IMG/VR virus record: IMGVR_UViG_3300050034_000187
Coordinates: 7,866 to 71,865 of that record
Origin: a virus
Length of the DNA: 64,000 nt
Reading direction: 5' to 3' (one strand)
The number at the start of each line of letters is the position of its first letter. Position 1 is the stretch's first letter. Below the pieces are notes generated by a model. That model did not search any database. It saw only the letters and a program-made list of their open reading frames with translations, and was not told the origin of the DNA. The position numbers and the translations under genes are program-made. Below are positions 1-9,254 of the stretch, one piece after another.

Positions 1-186
1 TTTGTCCAAAGTCTTGATCATCGTAGCTTTGTCATGAGCATAACGAGAACTTAGCTCTTCGCGAATTTCTGTTCTAATAGATGTTTGAAGTTCTTTGATC
101 TGATTTTGCCATGCCTCGTTAATGGCTTCGCGAGTTTCGGGACTCACAATTCCACTTTCGAGTAAAGGCTTTAATGCTTCGATCAT
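1..186 (-). CDS. Prohead core/scaffold protein, T4 gp22-like (5' part only, runs off the window)
   Basis: Not in the ORF track. ATG at 186 with SD (AAGGAGA) and TAAATA upstream. MIEALKPLLESGIVSPETREAINEAW...EIREELSSRYAHDK resembles the gp22-like N-terminus; lies downstream of gp21. Confidence 0.7.
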   Translation of the reverse strand, partial: MIEALKPLLESGIVSPETREAINEAWQNQIKELQTSIRTEIREELSSRYAHDKATMIKTLDK

Positions 187-289
187 ATGTTTCTCCTTCT
201 AATACTATTTAGTAAGACTAATAAAAATATGGTTAATTAATGCTAAAAATGAGCATTAATATGGGGATAACATATGTTATCCCCATATT

Positions 290-1984
290 TTATTTTTTAT
301 GTCTTTTTGCTGCTGACCATGGGCCAGCAATGAATGATTCTGATATTCCGCACTCGCAAACTTCTTTGCCGCATTTTTCACATTTCTCTTTATCACAAAT
401 ACAAGGATCTTTGTGACACTTTGGACAAATAGATTCATCACACTCTGATTCATTAATTGCTTTATAACAATCTTTGCAATATGCTACATGCTTTTCAGAA
501 TCTTTATCTTTGCTACATTTATTACATAGTTTATCTTTACATCTACGGCAAGTATATTCTGAAATTCTATTACCGCATTGATCGCATAATGTATGTTCAG
601 TTACACTTTCTGAAACTTCTTTACTTCTCATTAAACGATATTTTTCTTCATATTTTTTACGAAGTTTCTTATGAAATTCATACATATCATAATTACCTTT
701 CTTTTGATAAAATTCTTCAAGATAACCATGTTCTTTTATTTTCTCTGAAATATCTGCCAATGGGGTTCCAGATTTGCAGCATCCAAGGGTACATTCCGAT
801 GATTCTTTAATTTTTCCAAATTTATTTTTTTGTTTTGCACGGATCGCAAAATTAACTTGTTTCAATCTTTTAGAATCCTTATCACTTTTCTTTTCTTTTT
901 TATCTAATCGAGTTTTTTCCTTTTTTAATTCTGCAATAGTCCAACCATCCCACATGCCTTTATCTTTCTTGGAAGTATGCATCTCTTCATCCCATGACTC
1001 ATTGACTGATTTAACGAATTTGGAAAGGTCTTTATTATATGCAATAATATTATTTGGATATTTTGTAATAATAAATTGTCTTAACGTATTAATCCATGCT
1101 TTTCTGGCTTCTTCTTTCGTAAGTCCTTCCATTGAAAGGGATTGAATTTTAAATGGTTTGTTATTTATAGTTATATTTGCAATGCCGATAAACGCATTAT
1201 CCATTCCCGGAATAATGCTAATTTTAATAACCTTGATTTTCGAATTTCTATTTTTAATCATAGATACTAACTGCTTTATTTTTGGAATTCCATAATCAAC
1301 TACATTGTTATATGCACTATCGGCTGCATTGGCTGCTGAATTATATACATCGTGTGCTTTATCGGATATAGCTTCATCCCATGCTTCTTTAATTTCATTA
1401 TCTGAATTAATCCATTTTCCGTACCAAGGCAATTCATATGCAAGGTCTTTGCTCGAATAATATGTAGGGGTATCACTCCATCCACCAACGGTATTACTAT
1501 TCCAATATTTTCCTGTTTTTATATTTTTAATTATCCAATTTCTTTTTAATGATTTGTCATTGGATTCTTCATCAATAATGCCACGAAGTTTTGCCAATTG
1601 ATCAGCTAATGATTCTTCAACTTTATTATCAAAATTTGGTTTTTTGGGTTCTTTCGATGGTTCGGCATCTTTTGGTTCAGACGGGTCCTTTGAATCCGCT
1701 GTCTTTGGAGCAGATTCCTTGGTGGGCGGGGTTTTTGAACTTCCAGAATAGATTGATGCCGCATCGCTGGTAGTATCGCCTTCATAGTCTCCATATTCGC
1801 AGCAATCTTCATCCTCTGCTCCAACGAATCCCCCCGAAGTTGATTTTCCCATTGTGTAAATAGAAGCATTTTTTGCTTGGGCGCTTGATTCAATTTTTGG
1901 CATGCCCGGAGGATCTACTAATCCAAGATTTGTTCCTTCTGCTTCCAAAATAATTTGATGTAATTTTTGCAAACTATCTGACAT
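290..1984 (-). CDS. Modular putative internal head protein (564 aa) with many [ILV]-x-E|[AS] sites and a Cys-rich C-terminus
   Basis: ORF between gp21 and the gp22-like gene; low-complexity linkers; CxxC clusters near the C-terminus. Confidence 0.5.
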   Translation of the reverse strand: MSDSLQKLHQIILEAEGTNLGLVDPPGMPKIESSAQAKNASIYTMGKSTSGGFVGAEDEDCCEYGDYEGDTTSDAASIYSGSSKTPPTKESAPKTADSKDPSEPKDAEPSKEPKKPNFDNKVEESLADQLAKLRGIIDEESNDKSLKRNWIIKNIKTGKYWNSNTVGGWSDTPTYYSSKDLAYELPWYGKWINSDNEIKEAWDEAISDKAHDVYNSAANAADSAYNNVVDYGIPKIKQLVSMIKNRNSKIKVIKISIIPGMDNAFIGIANITINNKPFKIQSLSMEGLTKEEARKAWINTLRQFIITKYPNNIIAYNKDLSKFVKSVNESWDEEMHTSKKDKGMWDGWTIAELKKEKTRLDKKEKKSDKDSKRLKQVNFAIRAKQKNKFGKIKESSECTLGCCKSGTPLADISEKIKEHGYLEEFYQKKGNYDMYEFHKKLRKKYEEKYRLMRSKEVSESVTEHTLCDQCGNRISEYTCRRCKDKLCNKCSKDKDSEKHVAYCKDCYKAINESECDESICPKCHKDPCICDKEKCEKCGKEVCECGISESFIAGPWSAAKRHKK

Positions 1985-1992
1985 ATTTCTCC

Positions 1993-2637
1993 TTATAGCT
2001 TCTTTAAATCTCTAATAACATTTACCAGAGATTCTTTAATATATTTTTGTACTTTTGGATCATATTGCGCGTCAATGGCAGTGTTATATGCTTTATAACC
2101 ACCCTTTGAATTTAGAAGACTTTCATAGACTGGAACAGGATAGGCATTTGGCGCTGATGGTGTTGCAACGACGTCCACGGTCGTAATAAAAAATTCACTT
2201 ACCATTCCGGTAGATTCATTAACACTGCCGGACCCTCGGCTAGATACTCCGAGCGGAACACCGTCTTCAAGAATAGCACGCACAATATTTCCCATTGGGG
2301 TGGATAAAATTTTCAATTTACCATAACCATCTGATTGTTCCATCCACATTTTGGTGATTGCATGAGATGCCCGTTCTGGAGCAATTTGCAAACTATCAGG
2401 ATGGCTTAATTCACCGAGAACGGGGTGGCCATTTGTAATTTGGTCGTTGATTTCGGTTACGGCTCTTTGAATTTCCCCGAATGGATAAATTCGTTGATTT
2501 TGGTTTCTAACATCGCCTTGAATGCAGATTCCATTCATATATAAATGTTTCTTTTTTTGTCCTGTGAAATCCGTTTCTTCTAGTAATTCTGTTTTCATAG
2601 AAGAAACCATTTGATATTCTAACAAGTTTTGCTTCAT
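1993..2637 (-). CDS. gp21: Prohead core protease (T4 gp21 family)
   Basis: NQNQRIYP, GELSHP (catalytic His), GVSSRGSGS (catalytic Ser), DVVATPSAPNAYP; TAAATA late motif upstream. Confidence 0.92.
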   Translation of the reverse strand: MKQNLLEYQMVSSMKTELLEETDFTGQKKKHLYMNGICIQGDVRNQNQRIYPFGEIQRAVTEINDQITNGHPVLGELSHPDSLQIAPERASHAITKMWMEQSDGYGKLKILSTPMGNIVRAILEDGVPLGVSSRGSGSVNESTGMVSEFFITTVDVVATPSAPNAYPVPVYESLLNSKGGYKAYNTAIDAQYDPKVQKYIKESLVNVIRDLKKL

Positions 2638-2718
2638 AGCTTACCTCAACAAATATATTTATCAAACTTTTGAATTTCCATTTATTTTCTGTCATACTAA
2701 CTTAAATGGAGTTAGGAA

Positions 2719-3417
2719 ATGTACGATAAATTTATAACTGAAGTTAGTAATGCACCTATATGGAATAAATGGATAGTTTCCCATAGAAATGGAGATACGG
2801 CAATTGGAAAAACCTTTGAAGATATCTTGCATATAAAAGAAAACAATAGTCCAGAAGCAGATTTATATGGAGTTGAAATTAAAGCTAAAAGATCTTCTTC
2901 TGATTCTTCAATTACTTTATTTACTGCTAGACCATGTTATCCTCCCAAAGCTACCAAATACTTAATTAATAACTATGGATATTATTCAGAAGATAGCTCA
3001 GAGAAAAGATTCTATTCTACTTTATTATGTAACCGAATTACTACTTATAATGATATTGGTTTGAATATAACCATAAATGATTCTGTTAATATTATTGCCA
3101 ATGATGAAGCGATTGTAAGATGGGAATATGATCGTCTTAAAAAAATCACATCCAAAAAATTGCCTGCAATGGGATTTGTTACTGCCGATTCTAGAGTTAT
3201 TCAAGATCACGAAGAGTTTTATTATAGAGAACTAGAACTGATGTGGGGATTTTCTTTTGATAGATTTTTAGAAGCAATTAAAAACAAACAAATAAGTATT
3301 GATTTTAGAGCTAAATTAAAAAATGGAAGAGTGCGGGATCATGGAACGGCTTTCAGGATATCAAAAAATTATTTGAAAAATCTATATGAATTTCATGACA
3401 TAATTAAAGGAAATTAA
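2719..3417 (+). CDS. MvaI/BcnI-family restriction-type endonuclease, no methyltransferase adjacent
   Basis: GDTAIGKTFEDILHIKENNSPEADLYGVEIKAKR...ITLFT matches the MvaI/BcnI N-terminal pattern; upstream TTGAAT-17-CATACT (2670-2698). Confidence 0.85.
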   Translation: MYDKFITEVSNAPIWNKWIVSHRNGDTAIGKTFEDILHIKENNSPEADLYGVEIKAKRSSSDSSITLFTARPCYPPKATKYLINNYGYYSEDSSEKRFYSTLLCNRITTYNDIGLNITINDSVNIIANDEAIVRWEYDRLKKITSKKLPAMGFVTADSRVIQDHEEFYYRELELMWGFSFDRFLEAIKNKQISIDFRAKLKNGRVRDHGTAFRISKNYLKNLYEFHDIIKGN

Positions 3418-4764
3418 ATGGGTATTAAACTAACAAAAGAACAGTTTATTAAACGGGCCATTGATAAACATGGAAATAAGTATAGATATGATAAACTTAT
3501 TTATTTTGGAATGGGCAAGAAAGTAGAAATATTCTGCAATAAATGTGGGATATACTTTTGGCAACGGGCAGGTGATCATTTAAGTGGAAGTGGATGCAAA
3601 ATTTGCGGTGGAGTTCTGGTATATGATACTGCATCATTTATATTAAATGCACTTAAAATACATGGAATAAAATATAATTATGACAATGTTACTTATATCG
3701 GCACTGACGAAAAAATAAAAATATATTGTAATGCATGTAATAAATATTTTTCGCAAACCCCCAATGCTCATATAAATGGAAAGCAAGGTTGTCCTAGATG
3801 CGCAAATATTAATACTGGAATAAAGCAAACCATGACGTTAGAAGAATTTATTGAAAGAGCCAAGAAAACTCACGGAGATAAGTATTCTTATTCAGAATGT
3901 GAATACATAGACGCGCACGAGAAGGTGAAAATATATTGCAATACTTGTAAACGATTTTTTCAGCAACGGGCATATTGCCATTTGCAAGGAGAAGGCTGCA
4001 ATATTTGTGGAAGAAAGAAGGCAGCGAAAAGTAATACTTTGGAAAAAGAAAAGTTTATAGCAAAAGCTAAAAAGAAACATGGGAACAAATATAATTATGA
4101 TAAAGTTGTTTATATCGCAAATCACAGCAAGATTGAAATTTTTTGTAATACCTGTAAAAAGGTTTTTTGGCAAGAACCCGCAGCACACGCGGGAAAATCT
4201 GGAGAGGGCTGTCCTTATTGCATTGGAAAATATAAAACCACCGAAGAATTCATAATAGAAAGTAAAGAAATTAATGGTGAAGATACATTTTCTTATGAAA
4301 AAGTAAATTATATTGATCAAAAAACTCCGGTAGAACTATTTTGTAATAAATGTAAGCAGTATTTCTCTCAATCTCCGAAAAGTCATTTAAAAGGAAATGG
4401 ATGTTCAAAATGTAACGAATCACATGGAGAAAAATATATAAGAAAGTTATTAAAAGACGGGAACTATAATTTCAAATCACAGCAGGGATTTCCCAAATGT
4501 AGACACAAGAGAATGCTTCGATTTGATTTTACAATATATAATGATACTTCGGTAATCGGAGTTATTGAATATCAGGGAGCACAACATTATAAACCAATTC
4601 CATTCTTTGGCGGGGAACCAACGTTACAAGAAAATAAACTTCGCGATTCTATTAAAGAAAAGTATTGCAACAATAATAATATTCCCCTTTGCATTATTCC
4701 ATATACAGAACGAAATTTATCAAAAATATTATTTGATTTTTTGAAACAAATACAAAAAGACTAG
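3418..4764 (+). CDS. Free-standing homing endonuclease: repeated Zn-ribbon units plus C-terminal PD-(D/E)XK nuclease
   Basis: Five HG.KY.Y...Y.....KV.I.C..C...F.Q....HL.G.GC..C repeats; RFDF...IEYQGAQHY nuclease motif. Confidence 0.85.
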   Translation: MGIKLTKEQFIKRAIDKHGNKYRYDKLIYFGMGKKVEIFCNKCGIYFWQRAGDHLSGSGCKICGGVLVYDTASFILNALKIHGIKYNYDNVTYIGTDEKIKIYCNACNKYFSQTPNAHINGKQGCPRCANINTGIKQTMTLEEFIERAKKTHGDKYSYSECEYIDAHEKVKIYCNTCKRFFQQRAYCHLQGEGCNICGRKKAAKSNTLEKEKFIAKAKKKHGNKYNYDKVVYIANHSKIEIFCNTCKKVFWQEPAAHAGKSGEGCPYCIGKYKTTEEFIIESKEINGEDTFSYEKVNYIDQKTPVELFCNKCKQYFSQSPKSHLKGNGCSKCNESHGEKYIRKLLKDGNYNFKSQQGFPKCRHKRMLRFDFTIYNDTSVIGVIEYQGAQHYKPIPFFGGEPTLQENKLRDSIKEKYCNNNNIPLCIIPYTERNLSKILFDFLKQIQKD

Positions 4765-4785
4765 CACAAATTGTGCTAGTCTTTT
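4755..4785. terminator. Bidirectional intrinsic terminator
   Basis: 15-bp arms AAAAGACTAGCACAA/TTGTGCTAGTCTTTT, 1-nt spacer, between converging genes. Confidence 0.8.
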
Positions 4786-4800
4786 ATTGTTATTAATAGA

Positions 4801-6009
4801 TTACTTTACTGCGCCTTCAATAGGTCCTTTGTTGGACTTTTCTGGCTTTGTTTTTGCCTTGGCTGCTGGCTTCAACTTTGCCTTTCCGCCCGGACGGTTT
4901 TGAATTTCTCCGGAAAACATCTCTTTTGGTGTTGGTGCAGGTCGGCCTTTTTCGGTTGCATTTTGTGCAATATTTTTTGGGCCAACTCCCTTTACAATTT
5001 CATTTTTACCGGCAACTGGAGATTTCTTACCAACAAAATCCGCTTCAGCAGAAGTCGATAATCCACGAGTTACTTTTTCAACATATTCGCGAATCAGATT
5101 TTCAGATACAGGCTCTTCATCATCTGACGGAAGTTCTACCGATTCATCATCTTCGTGAACCTCTTCGGTATCGTCATCTTCATCGTTTTCGGTGTCGTCG
5201 TCGTCATCGTCTTCCGATGCTTCATGTTCAGAAAAATCAAAATCCTCGTCGTCCCCTTCTTCGGATTCAAGGTCATCTTCAACCTCTTCATCATCGTCAG
5301 AAGCAGTATCAAGGTCTTCGGCTTCTTCTGCATCACCCTCAGCGTCAGACCCGGCTAATTCTGCGGTCTCTGCACGAAGTTGTTCAAATTCCGATTTCAA
5401 TGAATCTAGTTCATCTTCTAGATCGGTTACGCGCTCTTCCTCGGGAGGATTAAGCTCATCACCGCCATGTAGACCTTCATTATCGCCGTCAATATCAAAG
5501 CTATCATCCTTAACTTCATCTTCAAAGTCATCAGTTTCATCACCACCAATAACTTCATCTTCGTCTGGATCAACATCACCGGAATGATCACTGTTGACTT
5601 CATCAAAAGCGCGTTCAGATTCATCGGATTCTCTAATTTTTTTGGGAATTGAAATTCCATATGTGAGCTTTCCGTATCTATAAGCGGACCTAATATCTTT
5701 AAAAGTTTTTACGGATGGCGGAATAGATTCATCTTCGCCATTTGATTGATAACTCAATTTAAATTTTACTTTACAATCTCCTCTTGCTGGATCATAAATA
5801 ATTACTCGTACTCGGTCGCCACTTCCCAACTCATACGTTTTATCAAATGCAAAACCTTGTTCATAGTTATAATCAGGTTCATCTAAATCAAAGTCTTCAT
5901 AAATCTTGCGACTCATTCCAACCACAATATTATGAAAAAGAGCACGAGCACTCTTCTCATCACCGTTAACAACATGTTCAACTAATTTATCAAATTTCTT
6001 GGATGCCAT
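4801..6009 (-). CDS. Acidic prohead scaffold/core protein
   Basis: MASKKFDKLVEHVVNGDEKSARALFHNIVV, ERVTDLEDELDSLKSEFEQL, long D/E tract; lies between portal and gp21. Confidence 0.65.
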   Translation of the reverse strand: MASKKFDKLVEHVVNGDEKSARALFHNIVVGMSRKIYEDFDLDEPDYNYEQGFAFDKTYELGSGDRVRVIIYDPARGDCKVKFKLSYQSNGEDESIPPSVKTFKDIRSAYRYGKLTYGISIPKKIRESDESERAFDEVNSDHSGDVDPDEDEVIGGDETDDFEDEVKDDSFDIDGDNEGLHGGDELNPPEEERVTDLEDELDSLKSEFEQLRAETAELAGSDAEGDAEEAEDLDTASDDDEEVEDDLESEEGDDEDFDFSEHEASEDDDDDDTENDEDDDTEEVHEDDESVELPSDDEEPVSENLIREYVEKVTRGLSTSAEADFVGKKSPVAGKNEIVKGVGPKNIAQNATEKGRPAPTPKEMFSGEIQNRPGGKAKLKPAAKAKTKPEKSNKGPIEGAVK

Positions 6010-6061
6010 TTCTTTTTATTTCTCCTAGACTTATTTAGCATTTGTTAGAAAATGCTGTTAG

Positions 6062-6289
6062 TTAAATTCCACCACCAGCATTTTCTGGTGATTGCCCAAA
6101 CTGCCTACGAACATTTTCAAGATTTGTTCTTAATTCAAAATTACGAACATCTCTAATCAATCTCATGCGTGAAATCATTCCCAATGTTAACTTAGTCTTT
6201 CTTAGATCAGTCAATTTAGGAACTGTTTGATCTTGTTCAGGATCATAATAGTTTTCTTCGTCTTGATCGAACAACTCATTCAATACCAT
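6062..6289 (-). CDS. Small head-region protein
   Basis: 75 aa with RKTKLTL...R.IRD; TAAATA-N5-ATG start. Confidence 0.5.
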   Translation of the reverse strand: MVLNELFDQDEENYYDPEQDQTVPKLTDLRKTKLTLGMISRMRLIRDVRNFELRTNLENVRRQFGQSPENAGGGI

Positions 6290-6293
6290 ATTA

Positions 6294-7676
6294 TTATTTA
6301 TCCTTTTGATTCAAAACTTTACCATTATCCCACAATTCGTTGAATAACTCGGTATATTGCGGTTCTCTATCAACATGAATATATTTACCCACCAATGGAA
6401 TTAATTTTTCATTAGTACTAGATACAACTTTCCAATCCGGAGGATTTTTTAAATCAGTCATCCATTTAATATCATTTTTTGGAATTCCTTTAGCAATTCT
6501 CATATCATTATTTCCATTAAATCCTTTCATGAGAAATATATAATATCGTTTCGAAAAAAGCGTTACTTTATTAATAGTAGTTGGAGAAAGTAATATTGTA
6601 CCGTTTTCCCAAAGATTTTTTGCAAATGATATGGCATTTTCTGAGCCACAATTAGAAAATTTTGTTCCAATTTTCGGAGCATTTAAAAACATTCGTTCAG
6701 TTGTCTCTACTACTTTCCAATCAAAATCAGACAATTTCTTTTCAATATAATCTTTTTGCGCAGTATTTATTTTTCCCAAAGAATGTGCTACTAAATAATT
6801 ATCTCCTTCTTTTACAATTAATAAATTAAAAGGTTTATCCACTTCCGCAATAACATCTTTTTGATCAGATATTTTAGTTACAAAATCTTTACCATATTTA
6901 TCATTAAATACTTTGGCAAAATCTTCAAAATACTTTCCATGAGGAGTAATATATTTCTTTACAATTGCTTTATATTGTTCTACTCCATACTTAGCTAAAG
7001 TGGGAAGATGTACAAAAAGAAATTCTTGATGATGACATAATTCATGGGCCAAAGTTCTTTTAGTGGTATATTCATCTTGCAATATATATTGCTGAAGAGA
7101 AATAGTAGTATTGGGCTTACCCGGAGTCCAAACATCTTGGGCTAACCAATTAGAACGTACTTGATTAACATATTTAATTTCTGGTCTTGGTAATGTTTTG
7201 GGAAGTAGAGATAGCAGTTCATCAAGAATAACATCAACATTTACAAATTTTGATTTATCATATGCTTCGATAAGTAATTCGTCAATCATCTTATTTTCAT
7301 TTATCGGAATCCAATCTCCATGTTGCTTATACGCTATTAATTTTATATTATTATTTGGCTTAATACATATTTCCTTCTCATTCCAATTATAAGTAACATT
7401 TTGAATAAAGGTGGTTTCCCAATCTATATCATCTTCCTTTGCCCTTGCTTTAATAATAGTAGGAGTGTGTCTGTCAGAACCATAATAAGGAATGGCATAT
7501 TTTATATCATTTGTCCAACTCGTCCCAATATTATCTCGGTTAATACAATTAATATCCCGGGATATCGCTCGATAAAGTACTAATGGAAATGATAATGATG
7601 ACCTCAGATTAGTCATTTTATGATAATCATTATCATCTGGATCAAAGTCTTCTAAAATTATTTCATTAATTCTCAT
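6294..7676 (-). CDS. MRINEI-tag protein: ADP-ribosyltransferase-like domain plus SprT-like zinc metalloprotease
   Basis: True start MRINEIILE at 7676; LYRAI...IGTSWT...EKE (R-S-E-like); TLAHELCHH...PHGKYF (HExxH plus distal His). Confidence 0.62.
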   Translation of the reverse strand: MRINEIILEDFDPDDNDYHKMTNLRSSLSFPLVLYRAISRDINCINRDNIGTSWTNDIKYAIPYYGSDRHTPTIIKARAKEDDIDWETTFIQNVTYNWNEKEICIKPNNNIKLIAYKQHGDWIPINENKMIDELLIEAYDKSKFVNVDVILDELLSLLPKTLPRPEIKYVNQVRSNWLAQDVWTPGKPNTTISLQQYILQDEYTTKRTLAHELCHHQEFLFVHLPTLAKYGVEQYKAIVKKYITPHGKYFEDFAKVFNDKYGKDFVTKISDQKDVIAEVDKPFNLLIVKEGDNYLVAHSLGKINTAQKDYIEKKLSDFDWKVVETTERMFLNAPKIGTKFSNCGSENAISFAKNLWENGTILLSPTTINKVTLFSKRYYIFLMKGFNGNNDMRIAKGIPKNDIKWMTDLKNPPDWKVVSSTNEKLIPLVGKYIHVDREPQYTELFNELWDNGKVLNQKDK

Positions 7677-8608
7677 TATACTTCTCCAACTATTACAACA
7701 TAGCACCACAAAGAGGTTAATCCTAGTTGCTTTGCTACTCTATATCTATGATTTCCGTCTACTATTTCTCCATCCCATACGACGAGAGGAGGTATAGTTT
7801 GCGATGATTTTTTAATATATCGCTTTTCTTTTGCTTCACTGCGAACATTTGAATCAGCGTTTCCTTCATGAACAGAGTTAATAGGAATATTCTTCAGAAC
7901 TGCTTGGCATCCACGAAAATATTCACTAATAAATTCTTCATTGACATAGCTACTACTTATAGATGATATATACTCAGCAATAGCATCAGCATCCTTTAAT
8001 ATATGAGAATATTGATTACTTAGCAATCTAGTATTTTTATTTTCTGTAATATTGCTACTATTCGGGCTAAATGTTCCCTTATTACCAATAGCTGATTTTA
8101 TTTGGGTTGGAGAAAAGACCGCAACCACGTGAGAAGTTTTCCATGGGCCAACCGTATTTATTGAACCGTCTTTCATATTTCTAAAAATAATAGAATCGCA
8201 TCCTTCTTCTTTCGCTTCTTTGATCGCTGCTTGCAACCATGATTCTTCATATGCACCACCAAACTTATCCCAAATCTGTGGGTTCTCCATTTTAAGATAA
8301 ACTGGCATAATATTTGCACCACGAAAATATGTTTTATCAACCGTCTTTTTATCTTTCGTAGTATACATATATCCAGCAAAATCATCTGCTACTTCTACCG
8401 AACTGGTGAAGAAAAAAGCTTGATCGGTATCTTCTGCTAAAGTAGAGGAGCCGCCCTTCTCTGATAAAAACTCATCAAATGACTCGGTTGTACCATGATA
8501 AAAAATAATTGGATTCCCACTAGAATCTTTTGATATAGAATTACCAAACCATTTCTTAAATGATGGATTATCTAAAATACTTTCTCGAATTATTTCATTA
8601 ATTCTCAT
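7676..8608 (-). CDS. MRINEI-tag protein: ART-PolyVal-type ADP-ribosyltransferase-like domain plus ParB/Srx-like domain
   Basis: FKKWFGNS...IFYHGT...FFFTS...GANIMPVYLK...QIKSAIGNKGTF; C-terminal IPPLVV...IVDGNHRY. Confidence 0.72.
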   Translation of the reverse strand: MRINEIIRESILDNPSFKKWFGNSISKDSSGNPIIFYHGTTESFDEFLSEKGGSSTLAEDTDQAFFFTSSVEVADDFAGYMYTTKDKKTVDKTYFRGANIMPVYLKMENPQIWDKFGGAYEESWLQAAIKEAKEEGCDSIIFRNMKDGSINTVGPWKTSHVVAVFSPTQIKSAIGNKGTFSPNSSNITENKNTRLLSNQYSHILKDADAIAEYISSISSSYVNEEFISEYFRGCQAVLKNIPINSVHEGNADSNVRSEAKEKRYIKKSSQTIPPLVVWDGEIVDGNHRYRVAKQLGLTSLWCYVVIVGEV

Positions 8609-9254
8609 CTTGTCTCACCGATTTATATGCAAGCAACCTAATATTATTAATACTTATTAATGACTTATGTAATTTATCAATTTTATTTTGTAAGTTAGCA
8701 AGTTTTATAGAATCTTTACCAACCTCATCCTTTTCATGTTCAAAATCTGCAATTTCATCATCAATCTCAGATGACCAAACATCATTATTATATGGTTGCT
8801 CTGGGTCTATTTGAAATGTTTGCTTTGACCGGGTATTATATCCAACAACGTCAATTCCCGGAACCTTCATTAACTTTTCCCAAATGCTTCTTCCTCCAAC
8901 AGATTGCGTGATATCTGATACAATTCTATAATTTAATTTTTTAATTAAAAAACTATACAATTTTATTGGTAACTGCATTCCTCGATGTGACTTAACAACC
9001 CCTATTCGTTCTATGCAAAATAATCCTGTGTATTTATTACTACCTTGGCATGCCATTACTACTTTCTTGTTTGACTTATCAATTAAAAAGAAAAATAATT
9101 GCTGCGCTTTTTTAGTAACAACTAAAAAATCCCCAATAGAACCAACTACACTTTTATACGCCCCAGCAGGAGAATCACTAACAATATTATTAAATAACAA
9201 ATTAGTATTTGGTACATCATCCGGAGACAACATTACTATTTCATTGATTCGCAT
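8598..9254 (-). CDS. MRINEI-tag protein with GNAT-like acetyltransferase fold
   Basis: IGVVKSHRGMQLPIKLYSFLI...IVSDITQSVGGRSIWEKL resembles phage GNAT motifs A/B. Confidence 0.55.
   Translation of the reverse strand: MRINEIVMLSPDDVPNTNLLFNNIVSDSPAGAYKSVVGSIGDFLVVTKKAQQLFFFLIDKSNKKVVMACQGSNKYTGLFCIERIGVVKSHRGMQLPIKLYSFLIKKLNYRIVSDITQSVGGRSIWEKLMKVPGIDVVGYNTRSKQTFQIDPEQPYNNDVWSSEIDDEIADFEHEKDEVGKDSIKLANLQNKIDKLHKSLISINNIRLLAYKSVRQDEN

Noticed and set aside
5192-5587. Poly-Ser ORF on the plus strand
   Set aside because: Antisense shadow of the Asp/Glu tract of the scaffold gene.
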